From the IMG/VR virus record IMGVR_UViG_3300045988_102022: DNA of 63,947 bases; one strand, 5' to 3'. Below are positions 17,252 to 24,645 of the stretch, in pieces. The notes under the pieces were generated by a model. That model ran no database searches and was not told the origin of the DNA. It saw only the letters and a list, made by a program, of their open reading frames with translations. Numbering within the stretch: the stretch's first letter is position 1; each line of letters opens with the position of its first letter. The position numbers were made by a program, and so were the translations under genes. This DNA is from a virus.

Positions 17252-17485
17252 TTAGTTTTCTTCTAAATCTTCTCTAGTTACCTCATACTCAATACTGCCG
17301 TCACGCTTGCGCAGAACTACCTCAAAGTCACAGGCAGTTGCAAGCTCCAGCAGAAGCTTAAGTGATTTGCATTTTTTAACCTTGTAGTTCAGGGACATTG
17401 GCGTAATGCCCATTTCCCTAGCTAATGTAGCCTGATTTTTTCCTGTTGAAGCGATTAATACCTTGATTTTGTTTTCTATTGACAT
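17252..17485 (-). CDS. Small HTH DNA-binding protein
   Basis: 77 aa; GKNQATLAREMGITPMSLNYKV helix-turn-helix. Confidence 0.55.
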   Translation of the reverse strand: MSIENKIKVLIASTGKNQATLAREMGITPMSLNYKVKKCKSLKLLLELATACDFEVVLRKRDGSIEYEVTREDLEEN

Positions 17486-17518
17486 AGTAGCACCACCTTA
17501 ATTATTATATCTCTTATC

Positions 17519-17547
17519 ATTATACAGCGTTCTCTTTATGTAATCAA
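17519..17547 (-). promoter_or_regulatory. Sigma-A/70-type promoter (TTGATT-17-TATAAT)
   Basis: -35 at 17542..17547, -10 at 17519..17524, 17-nt spacer. Confidence 0.6.
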
Positions 17548-17557
17548 TATAATCTTT

Positions 17558-17591
17558 TATAAAAATACTGCCTGCGAGATTTCCCGCAGGC
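17558..17591 (-). terminator. Intrinsic terminator after 17598..18446
   Basis: GCCTGCG-loop-CGCAGGC followed on the minus strand by AGTATTTTTAT. Confidence 0.55.
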
Positions 17592-17597
17592 TTTTTG

Positions 17598-18446
17598 TTA
17601 AGATACTTCAATCATCGTGTTTAACCACGAATCGCTTGACGCATTAATGAGCCATTTCTTGTTATAGCCGTTATAATGCCTGATCAAGTAAAACTTTGTC
17701 TTGTCGCCTTCGTCATTGTACAGAGAGAAGTTAGGGAACTTCTTGCCTTCTGATTGCTCCAGCTGGTAAAAGTATTCGCGAATTTCTTTTGCTCTCTTTA
17801 TAACCTCCCAGTCTGGCGTAAACTCATCAGCATAGTTGTATCGCTTTGCCCGGTCATCTGAATGTACTCTATATCCGGCAAGGTTTGGCAGCACACATAT
17901 TTTATCAAACGATGCTCCCAGGCTATTCACAAAAGCAAGAATCGAATCGCAGTCATAAGCAAAATGAGTGTTACGCATACCGGGCAATTTATGCTTATTG
18001 CAGTCATCGTTCGGTTCTTCATCTGTAATGTAGAATAAGAAGTCTACGAAGCCTACATACTGTAAGCCGCCATAAAGCTTCTTTCTTTCGCCAAGCATTT
18101 CACCGCAAACAATTTCAAGATAAACGCCCTTGCCGTTATCGAGGTGAAATGCTGTTCTAACACGGCAGTTGCCTATGGTGTTGATGCTGCGCTCCGCCTT
18201 TTCCCAGCCAGCACCTTCAAAATACAATGTTTTCACGTTAACCACTACCTTTCTATTGCTATTCCGCAGGACATAAATACCGTTATCGTAGTCCTGAATC
18301 ACGTAAGGCATCCTTCTTTCTCCCCAGCGTTCTGTCTTTTCAACTACACCACCATTAGAAGCTATTAAGTCATTGAATTTCAAGATAACATCCTCGACTA
18401 TTTCCTGCTCCGGGCGCATAACGTACATAATTTCATAAGCGTTCAT
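17598..18446 (-). CDS. Ribosomal protein bS6-like N-terminal domain fused to a ~215-aa unknown domain
   Basis: Start set at the ATG at 18446 (AAGGAGG 8 nt upstream). MNAYEIMYVMRPEQ...LIASNGGVVEKTERWGERRMPYVIQDYDNGIYVL follows the bS6 hallmark pattern. Confidence 0.55.
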   Translation of the reverse strand: MNAYEIMYVMRPEQEIVEDVILKFNDLIASNGGVVEKTERWGERRMPYVIQDYDNGIYVLRNSNRKVVVNVKTLYFEGAGWEKAERSINTIGNCRVRTAFHLDNGKGVYLEIVCGEMLGERKKLYGGLQYVGFVDFLFYITDEEPNDDCNKHKLPGMRNTHFAYDCDSILAFVNSLGASFDKICVLPNLAGYRVHSDDRAKRYNYADEFTPDWEVIKRAKEIREYFYQLEQSEGKKFPNFSLYNDEGDKTKFYLIRHYNGYNKKWLINASSDSWLNTMIEVS

Positions 18447-18459
18447 TTTTCTTTCCTCC

Positions 18460-19053
18460 TTACATTTGTTCATCTTCCTGGAAACTGTAATAACTGCCGT
18501 CACCTATAATGATATGATCATAGCAAGGTATTCCCATTATTGCCCCGGCTTTAACAATATCCCTGGTTAACTTTTTATCATCAGCACTAGGTGTTGCAAC
18601 ACCGGAAGGATGATTATGCGCTACAAAGATTGCAGCAGCATTTTTCATAATGGCATACTTGAAAATCTCTCTAGGATGAACATAACAGTTAGTCAGCGTT
18701 CCTTTCAGTATAGCTCTTGCCTCAATTATTCTGTTCTTGCTGTCTGCTGCAATTACCCAGAATTCTTCATGATTCAGATACCGCAACTTCGGCATCATAT
18801 ATTCAGCTAAGTCTTGCGGAGCACAGCAGTATCTTTTTTCCTCAGCTTTGGTTTCGGTAAAAGCTCTTTTGCCTAACTCTACACCACACAGGAACGCTTC
18901 TGCTTTCTGTTTGTCTAATCCATATGCTTTCAGCTCGTCGGTATCTTCCAGGCGATACAATTTCTGTGCCGTCAGTTCGGAAACCTTATAAGCTTCCTGC
19001 CCGAGCAACGCTTCGCATAACTCTTTATAACTTTTCTCTACTACTTTACACAT
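18460..19053 (-). CDS. radC: RadC-like JAB/MPN domain protein
   Basis: VAHNHPSGVATPSADD JAMM motif; start set at the ATG at 19053 (TGGAG SD). Confidence 0.8.
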   Translation of the reverse strand: MCKVVEKSYKELCEALLGQEAYKVSELTAQKLYRLEDTDELKAYGLDKQKAEAFLCGVELGKRAFTETKAEEKRYCCAPQDLAEYMMPKLRYLNHEEFWVIAADSKNRIIEARAILKGTLTNCYVHPREIFKYAIMKNAAAIFVAHNHPSGVATPSADDKKLTRDIVKAGAIMGIPCYDHIIIGDGSYYSFQEDEQM

Positions 19054-19287
19054 AACTTTTACTCCAATCTTTTTCCAGCGCACACCTTTCGGTGTACGCT
19101 GGTTCTTTTATTTATAATTATTTATAGGGATAGTAGCTTGCTGGCATCAGAAGCTTTTCACGCAGTGCCTCGATTCTCTTTTTGCGGCGTTCAATATTTG
19201 CCATGATTTCATGGTATTCATCTCCGGCAAGAGGGAGCGTTTCCAGTATCAGCACATATTTTATAAGTTGTCTTGTTCTCACATCAA

Positions 19288-19734
19288 TCACATCCAATCT
19301 TCACATTCCTTAAGATATTCTTTCTTTGCTTCAAGTAAAGCTTTTTTCATAACCGGGTCAGAGTTAACTTGCTCATAAGTCAAAAGCAGAGCATCCAGCG
19401 TATCGTCAAGCTCATAAGTTATACAAAACTCATGGTTAGCAAGTTCGTAATGAAAAGCCGATTTTAAGAAGTCGAAATCTTTCATGTGTTCCTTCTTTTC
19501 GATGTTCAGGCGTTTTACTAATTCATTATGAGCCTTAGACTGGGCACGAAGGATATATCCTCCGAAGCCGATTTGATAAACCTTGTCGGTATCGTTAGGA
19601 GCTAACCCAAATCTTTTCATGCCTTCGTTGAACTGTTCTTCAGTAAAAGCAAAGAACATTTTATCTTTGGTAAAGCTTTCGTATTCCTTTTGCTGTTCGT
19701 TGATTAAGGTTGAGTAATCTTTGTATTTTAACAT
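19288..19734 (-). CDS. Hypothetical early protein
   Basis: 148-aa ORF, operon-oriented. Confidence 0.5.
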   Translation of the reverse strand: MLKYKDYSTLINEQQKEYESFTKDKMFFAFTEEQFNEGMKRFGLAPNDTDKVYQIGFGGYILRAQSKAHNELVKRLNIEKKEHMKDFDFLKSAFHYELANHEFCITYELDDTLDALLLTYEQVNSDPVMKKALLEAKKEYLKECEDWM

Positions 19735-19747
19735 CCTAGCATCCCTC

Positions 19748-20212
19748 CTAAAAAGTCATAAATTTCATCATTGGTTTTTGAACTTTAAATTCCATATCTC
19801 CAATATGATTGTTGATTCTTGTCAAGCATTTTACGATAGCGTTCGTTTCACCCTCACTGAACGGCATGCAGTAGCCTTCCTTGTCTGTATTGCACAGCAG
19901 CACGTTACCGCACAGGCACTGATCATGTAAACGGCCGTAACCATAAATAGCACTTGCCAGCTCATTGGCCACCGGGTTTTCATTTTTCAGAAGAAATTCT
20001 TCATCGAAAATCAGTGTAACACCGGGAATGATTCCGAGTTGTCCGTCGAACTCTACCAGCTGAAGCGGAACTTCTTTAATGTCGACGTACTCGCATTCGC
20101 ACAGTTCATACATTGACTTAAGCGTGATAGCTCCCTCGTATGGTACTTTCTCAACAGAATTGGTTTTGCCACTGGCATCAACCACAGTTTTCAGTAAAAT
20201 TGCATAGTTCAT
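19748..20212 (-). CDS. Hypothetical early protein
   Basis: 154 aa; preceded by the conserved GAAAGGAAGTCGATTTT-ATG initiation region. Confidence 0.5.
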   Translation of the reverse strand: MNYAILLKTVVDASGKTNSVEKVPYEGAITLKSMYELCECEYVDIKEVPLQLVEFDGQLGIIPGVTLIFDEEFLLKNENPVANELASAIYGYGRLHDQCLCGNVLLCNTDKEGYCMPFSEGETNAIVKCLTRINNHIGDMEFKVQKPMMKFMTF

Positions 20213-20230
20213 AAAATCGACTTCCTTTCT

Positions 20231-20305
20231 AAAGCTATTGGCAAGGACTTTGAACCTTCTGCCCGGTAGCTTTACAGGAGCTTAAGCTCCTGTCATCAGC
20301 TTTTA
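20231..20305 (-). ncRNA. Conserved two-hairpin RNA element, copy A
   Basis: Starts at the stop codon: TAAAAGCTGATG-ACAGGAGC/TTAA/GCTCCTGT-AAAGCT..GGCA-GA-AGG/TTCAAAGT/CCT-TGCC..AGCTT. Paralogous to 21053..21126 with compensatory changes. Confidence 0.45.
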
Positions 20306-20503
20306 AAGCTCTATACCTCTTTCCGCTGCAATTTCTTCCAGCTCTTCAAAGTGCTCATTCAAGCATTGATGATGCCATGGGTCGCGCGAGCTGTTGTAAA
20401 TCTTAATCAGCCTAGCGTTTTCCTGCTTTAATTCTTCGTTAGTCATGTCTTTAGGTTCTTTCATTGGTTCTTCCTCCTTAAATTTCAATCTCGCCTTCAG
20501 CAA
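20303..20503 (-). CDS. Hypothetical small acidic protein
   Basis: 66-aa ORF. Confidence 0.45.
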   Translation of the reverse strand: MLKARLKFKEEEPMKEPKDMTNEELKQENARLIKIYNSSRDPWHHQCLNEHFEELEEIAAERGIEL

Positions 20504-20762
20504 ATGCCTGATAAATATCTTGAGCCATCAAGTAAGCATCACTAGCTTTTTGGTATCTCTCGTCAGCTTCTTCAGTAATTTCATCATACACATCGGCTTG
20601 TTCTGCTCTGGAAGCATTAGGATTATTCTCAAGCCATGCATAGTAATCATTTTTGGCTTCTTCCAAAGCTAGCTCTTGCTTCCTCTTTTCTTGGTAAAAT
20701 TTGAGTTCTGCTTCTTTCAGCACACCTACAATGTAGGTTAACTGCTTGTAGTTTAATTTCAT
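20478..20762 (-). CDS. Hypothetical protein
   Basis: 94-aa ORF. Confidence 0.45.
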   Translation of the reverse strand: MKLNYKQLTYIVGVLKEAELKFYQEKRKQELALEEAKNDYYAWLENNPNASRAEQADVYDEITEEADERYQKASDAYLMAQDIYQAFAEGEIEI

Positions 20763-20778
20763 TTTGTTCTACTCCTTC

Positions 20779-21030
20779 CTATTGTTCAATCATGGTAACA
20801 TCGTAGCGGCAATATTTATATTCCACTGTATCTTTACCCCAGGAGCAGGTTCTTCTGAGCTGGAATTCTCTTCCGTTATAACCGATGCTGAACAGAAGAT
20901 AATCAACTGTATATCCATTGCTTGCACTTTCAAGCAGAACAATCTGTTTCATCGCCGGAGCAAAGCCGAAGTATTTTTCTAGGCATTTGCAAGCAAGCTT
21001 TTTCATTTCTTGTTTTTCTTGATAAGTCAT
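20779..21030 (-). CDS. Hypothetical protein
   Basis: 83 aa; AAGGAGG SD upstream. Confidence 0.5.
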   Translation of the reverse strand: MTYQEKQEMKKLACKCLEKYFGFAPAMKQIVLLESASNGYTVDYLLFSIGYNGREFQLRRTCSWGKDTVEYKYCRYDVTMIEQ

Positions 21031-21052
21031 TTTTAAGTCCTCCTTAAAGTTT

Positions 21053-21126
21053 AAGCTTTAGGCACAGGGTTTGAACTGTCTGCCTGCCAGCTTTACAAGG
21101 GCTATCGCCCTTGTCATCAGCTTTTA
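21053..21126 (-). ncRNA. Conserved two-hairpin RNA element, copy B
   Basis: TAAAAGCTGATG-ACAAGGGC/GATA/GCCCTTGT-AAAGCT..GGCA-GA-CAG/TTCAAACC/CTG-TGCC..AGCTT; begins at the stop codon of the 38-aa ORF. Confidence 0.45.
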
Positions 21127-21240
21127 TTTAGCTTCTTCGATTGCTTGCAGCATATTTGCAAGCTCTTTAACCTCTTTTTTAAGGTCGCACCAAACTAGCA
21201 CTGCTTCCATTAATGCTGATTTTAATTCTTCTTGTGTCAT
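21124..21240 (-). CDS. Small ORF (38 aa; below the track cutoff)
   Basis: Hand translation MTQEELKSALMEAVLVWCDLKKEVKELANMLQAIEEAK; conserved leader/SD GAAAGGAAGTCGTAAAA-ATG. Confidence 0.4.
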   Translation of the reverse strand: MTQEELKSALMEAVLVWCDLKKEVKELANMLQAIEEAK

Positions 21241-21288
21241 TTTTACGACTTCCTTTCTTGTATGTTACTCTATCTTCCCTATACTTAT

Positions 21289-21317
21289 ATCATACTATAA
21301 AACTCGCCTTTTATAAA
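21289..21317 (-). promoter_or_regulatory. Sigma-A/70-type promoter (TTTATA-17-TATGAT)
   Basis: -35 at 21312..21317, -10 at 21289..21294, 17-nt spacer; same cassette family as 16039 and 17204. Confidence 0.55.
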
Positions 21318-21344
21318 GAACTTTCTTTATAAAAGGCGAGTTTT
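21299..21344 (-). terminator. 22-bp perfect inverted repeat (terminator and/or operator) overlapping the -35
   Basis: aaaactcgccttttataaagaa-ct-ttctttataaaaggcgagtttt; lies directly after the stop of 21350..22039. Confidence 0.55.
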
Positions 21345-21349
21345 TCTTA

Positions 21350-22039
21350 TTATTTTTTGGTATTTTTTTCTTCAGAAAGGCGAGCTGCCCTTCTGCGCTT
21401 TTTATCTTCCAGCAGGTTTACGCCATCTACGCCAAACAGCAAAGCGGTTAGCTGCTCAACGGCATCGTTTGTATCTCTCCATATCTGCCTTTCGCTTACT
21501 GACCATTTTTGCGCAAGGCTTGCTACTATATCAGTGACATACGCTTCCGGCGGACAAGGTTTAAGGAACAGCACGTCAAGCACATCTGCCCGGCGCAAAT
21601 CTTCCTGCTTGCCGCTGTTATACCTGGTCTGCTTGTAAAGTGCTATCATATCATCCATATAGTTTATCAACACTTTGGTTCGCATGGTTGAGCTTATAAT
21701 GCTTTCAAGTTTTAGCTCATTTGCTCCCATGCTTTTCAGGTTTTGGAATGAATCAAGAATCTCGATAGCTGAAATCTGCTCATCGTCGATATTGACAATC
21801 TCGCTAGTCTTTAACGCTGCGTGTTCCTGAAGGCTTCTGTAATTCTTTAGCAGCAAGCGCACATTATACAGCCGCTTATCGAAATCCCTTCGCTGTGCTT
21901 CTTTGCTATACAAATCATCACACAGCTTTTTAGAGGTCTTCTTGGCGGTCTGCTCTGCCACACGTTCGATAAGGTTTTCGAAATACGCCAGCGGAACGGT
22001 TATCGTGCTTTGATTTTCATTTACAGTCATGTCTTCCAT
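21350..22039 (-). CDS. Putative transcription regulator with a sigma region-4-like C-terminal HTH
   Basis: 229 aa; C-terminal LAQKWSVSERQIWRDTNDAVEQLTALL resembles a region-4 HTH; function is inferred. Confidence 0.35.
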   Translation of the reverse strand: MEDMTVNENQSTITVPLAYFENLIERVAEQTAKKTSKKLCDDLYSKEAQRRDFDKRLYNVRLLLKNYRSLQEHAALKTSEIVNIDDEQISAIEILDSFQNLKSMGANELKLESIISSTMRTKVLINYMDDMIALYKQTRYNSGKQEDLRRADVLDVLFLKPCPPEAYVTDIVASLAQKWSVSERQIWRDTNDAVEQLTALLFGVDGVNLLEDKKRRRAARLSEEKNTKK

Positions 22040-22056
22040 GCGCTTACTCCCTTCTG

Positions 22057-22380
22057 TTATTTAAGTTCTTCAATAAGGCGGTCAAGATACCACCTTGCTT
22101 TTAGGCAATCTTCTACGCCGTTTTTTTCTTCGTAACGCCATAAATATTTGATGATGTTGGCAACGCAGACAGCTTCAATGCCTGTTTTGCCCACTGTAGC
22201 AGCCTTTAGGGCATCTATACACTCAATACCACCTTTGGTGTAGTGTTTCGGATGATTTACGTTATCCTCAGGGAGCGGCATTGTAAAGCTATCTTTTGAA
22301 TTCTTCGGTGCTCCTTTGACAATAACGTATTTATCATCTTTTAATCCGATAAAACTAAATGGAGATTTAAACGCACTCAT
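22057..22380 (-). CDS. DUF3310-like phage protein
   Basis: NHPKHYTKGGIECIDA...KYLWRY motifs. Confidence 0.55.
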   Translation of the reverse strand: MSAFKSPFSFIGLKDDKYVIVKGAPKNSKDSFTMPLPEDNVNHPKHYTKGGIECIDALKAATVGKTGIEAVCVANIIKYLWRYEEKNGVEDCLKARWYLDRLIEELK

Positions 22381-22559
22381 TATTTATGCTCCTTTATCCA
22401 TTTTTCGTGTCTGGCAACTGCTCCAGCTGTAGGTGAAAGCGTTTCAAGATACATGGCTTTCAGTATTTTACACTGCTGGATTTTCCATTCGATAAAAGCA
22501 TTACAAGTAGCGTGGCAGCCTATTTTTCTTTCTGTGCATCCTCTGCATGGTGTTTTCAT
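22380..22559 (-). CDS. Small Cys-rich protein (59 aa; below the track cutoff)
   Basis: Hand translation MKTPCRGCTERKIGCHATCNAF...; TAATG stop/start overlap with the next gene. Confidence 0.4.
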   Translation of the reverse strand: MKTPCRGCTERKIGCHATCNAFIEWKIQQCKILKAMYLETLSPTAGAVARHEKWIKEHK

Positions 22560-22666
22560 GTAGCACCTCTAAAATAATTCTTGTTGGTTGCTTATATCAT
22601 TCGATGTTTTAGTGGTAATGCCGGGATATGATCCTGCAAACTTTTTCATCCGGTATAAGATAAAGC

Positions 22667-23107
22667 TCAGCGTCCTGTTGAGCCATAACCGCCACCACGA
22701 ACAGCACTTGCTTCATCGTCCGAGGTTACGCAGTAACGGACGAAGATTCCCTGTGCACAGCGTTCACCTTCTCTGATGATGATGGTTTCGCTGCCGTTGT
22801 TTCTGAATTTAACACCTATATTGCCGTCATTGTCCTGGTTGTTAGCATAATCGCTATCAATAATGCCTACGCTGTTAACCAGCGACAAATTGAATTTAAC
22901 CGCAAGACTACTGCGGATGAACAGCATCAAAACCATATCGCCAGGCATAATAGCTTTGACGTTTAGCGGAATAAGTACGCTTTCGCCGCCAGCTGGAACT
23001 AAAATATCTGTCGGTGCGTAAAAGTCATAGCCAGCAGAAAACTGTGTGCTACGCTGCGGAATCTTCGTGTTCGCTGGTGCGTCAATCGTCGGTAAAAATT
23101 TAATCAT
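22667..23107 (-). CDS. dut: dUTP diphosphatase
   Basis: SAGYDFYAP, GIIDSDY and C-terminal RGGGYGSTG motifs. Confidence 0.85.
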   Translation of the reverse strand: MIKFLPTIDAPANTKIPQRSTQFSAGYDFYAPTDILVPAGGESVLIPLNVKAIMPGDMVLMLFIRSSLAVKFNLSLVNSVGIIDSDYANNQDNDGNIGVKFRNNGSETIIIREGERCAQGIFVRYCVTSDDEASAVRGGGYGSTGR

Positions 23108-23290
23108 CTTAAAAACCTCCTAAAATATCTCTCCAAATTATAACCAGGATTCCAATCGTGCCAAAGATTGCAAAAATATCAACAAAAATCATCGCAGCAA
23201 GATTTAAATATTTCAATCTACCACTCCCTATTTAACATCCATAAAGCTACACACATAACAGCCACGTCAAGCAGTGTGCAATAGATAATA

Positions 23291-23608
23291 TCAGTTAAGC
23301 CTATTTCCATTGCCTGCACCTCTACCAATCTTCACTAATTTAGCTCTTTGCTTCTTTATGGTATCTAACAAATATTGCTGAAAGCGACAATCGTTATCAA
23401 ATGCAATTTCTCCTGTTTCTTCCAGTTTTCTTTCCATGTAGTCGAAATTGCTTTCAAGTTCAGTCTGCATTTGCAACAGCATCCAATCTGGAAAGTTTTC
23501 CATGTTAGCATTCAGCTCATTTTCAATTTGAGTTAATGTCTGTGTGCCTATCCTATGCACGGCATAGCGAAAAGCAAACAGCAGGACAATTAATTTTTCA
23601 TCTTCCAT
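23291..23608 (-). CDS. Hypothetical protein
   Basis: 105-aa ORF. Confidence 0.45.
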   Translation of the reverse strand: MEDEKLIVLLFAFRYAVHRIGTQTLTQIENELNANMENFPDWMLLQMQTELESNFDYMERKLEETGEIAFDNDCRFQQYLLDTIKKQRAKLVKIGRGAGNGNRLN

Positions 23609-24026
23609 TTTTTATCTCCACCTTTCTTATCCAAATACCATTGGCCAGCTTCTCTAAATCTATTTTCTCACGGCAATGCGGACAAATTGGCATCATTTCA
23701 TTCTTTCGCCCCATATGTTCCTGTAGCATCTTCAACACACGCTTATAAGGCCTAAACTTCGTGCCAATCTCGTAGCATCTTAACGTCTGTTTCCTGGCTC
23801 TGTCATATTCCTTTGCTATTGCTTGCCAATCGTTACACATCAGCTCCAGCACCACAATAGGCTCAACCATGTTTCCGCAGTGATTGCAGTAACAGATTTT
23901 TGTGTCCGGGTCTACTGTAAAACTGATAGGCTTTTTACTGCCACCATAGATGTCTGTTTCTTTATAGCAATGACATGTATTTCTGCCCTGTTCACGCTTA
24001 ATCGGCAAAAACTTTAATATTTTCAA
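23598..24026 (-). CDS. Hypothetical zinc-finger protein
   Basis: 142 aa; CYCNHCGN and CPHCREK pairs. Confidence 0.45.
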   Translation of the reverse strand: MKILKFLPIKREQGRNTCHCYKETDIYGGSKKPISFTVDPDTKICYCNHCGNMVEPIVVLELMCNDWQAIAKEYDRARKQTLRCYEIGTKFRPYKRVLKMLQEHMGRKNEMMPICPHCREKIDLEKLANGIWIRKVEIKNGR

Positions 24027-24087
24027 TATATATCACCCCTTTACCGGAACGCTATACTTTCCCACCATACAAGGTAACGTTTCATTC

Positions 24088-24360
24088 TTATTTGTTGTCC
24101 TCTTCCTTAGCTCTCAGCCGTTCAAGCACTGCGCTTGCCATCGCAAAAACCTCGCCAGAAGCCATTCCGACGCCGCACTGACTATACACGTCTTTAATTG
24201 CCTGCCACATCGCTGCGATGATGAAACCCTTAATCATCGGATACTGTCCATTCACTCTGCTGCTGCAATGTTTGTCGCCTTTATCGTAAGCGAGCATATA
24301 CTCCACGCCGCTTTCTTCCAACAGTTTCTCTGCCTTTTTGGCTTTCTCGTAATCAATCAT
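24088..24360 (-). CDS. Hypothetical protein
   Basis: 90-aa ORF. Confidence 0.45.
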   Translation of the reverse strand: MIDYEKAKKAEKLLEESGVEYMLAYDKGDKHCSSRVNGQYPMIKGFIIAAMWQAIKDVYSQCGVGMASGEVFAMASAVLERLRAKEEDNK

Positions 24361-24372
24361 TTTTCTACCTCC

Positions 24373-24645
24373 CTAAATGCAACCACCGCAGCAGCCGTGC
24401 GGGATTTCATCGTTTACTAAAGATTCTAATTCTCTCCAGTCGTCTTGCAGTTCTGGTGCAAGAGCGTTGCGGTCTATTGACCAGTCGCCTTCTTCGACGT
24501 TCGCTTCCCAATCCGCGTCAAAACTTACGCTTCCTCCGGATATTAAAACATTCTTCATGGAATATTGCTTTCCGTCCTTCTCGACAACCAGAGTTCCACG
24601 GCACAAATTTGGCCATTTGCCGTTGTAAGAAATAAACTTAATCAT
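24373..24645 (-). CDS. Hypothetical protein (C-terminal HGCCGGCI)
   Basis: 90 aa; AAAGGAGG SD upstream. Confidence 0.5.
   Translation of the reverse strand: MIKFISYNGKWPNLCRGTLVVEKDGKQYSMKNVLISGGSVSFDADWEANVEEGDWSIDRNALAPELQDDWRELESLVNDEIPHGCCGGCI

Noticed and set aside
19076-19100. GAAA-tetraloop hairpin (AGCGTACACC-GAAA-GGTGTGCGCT) upstream of radC considered as a terminator
   Set aside because: On the transcribed minus strand it is not followed by a U-tract, and it overlaps the radC 5' region. It is more likely a 5' stabilising or structural hairpin, with insufficient evidence for any call.
20231-21126. The CUGAUGA followed by a hairpin in the repeated RNA element (and at 24692..24721) looked like a hammerhead ribozyme core
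   Set aside because: The second conserved strand reads UAAA rather than GAAA, so the catalytic G12 is missing. No stem I can be formed between the flanks, and there is no NUH cleavage-site context. I kept it as an unclassified structured RNA instead.
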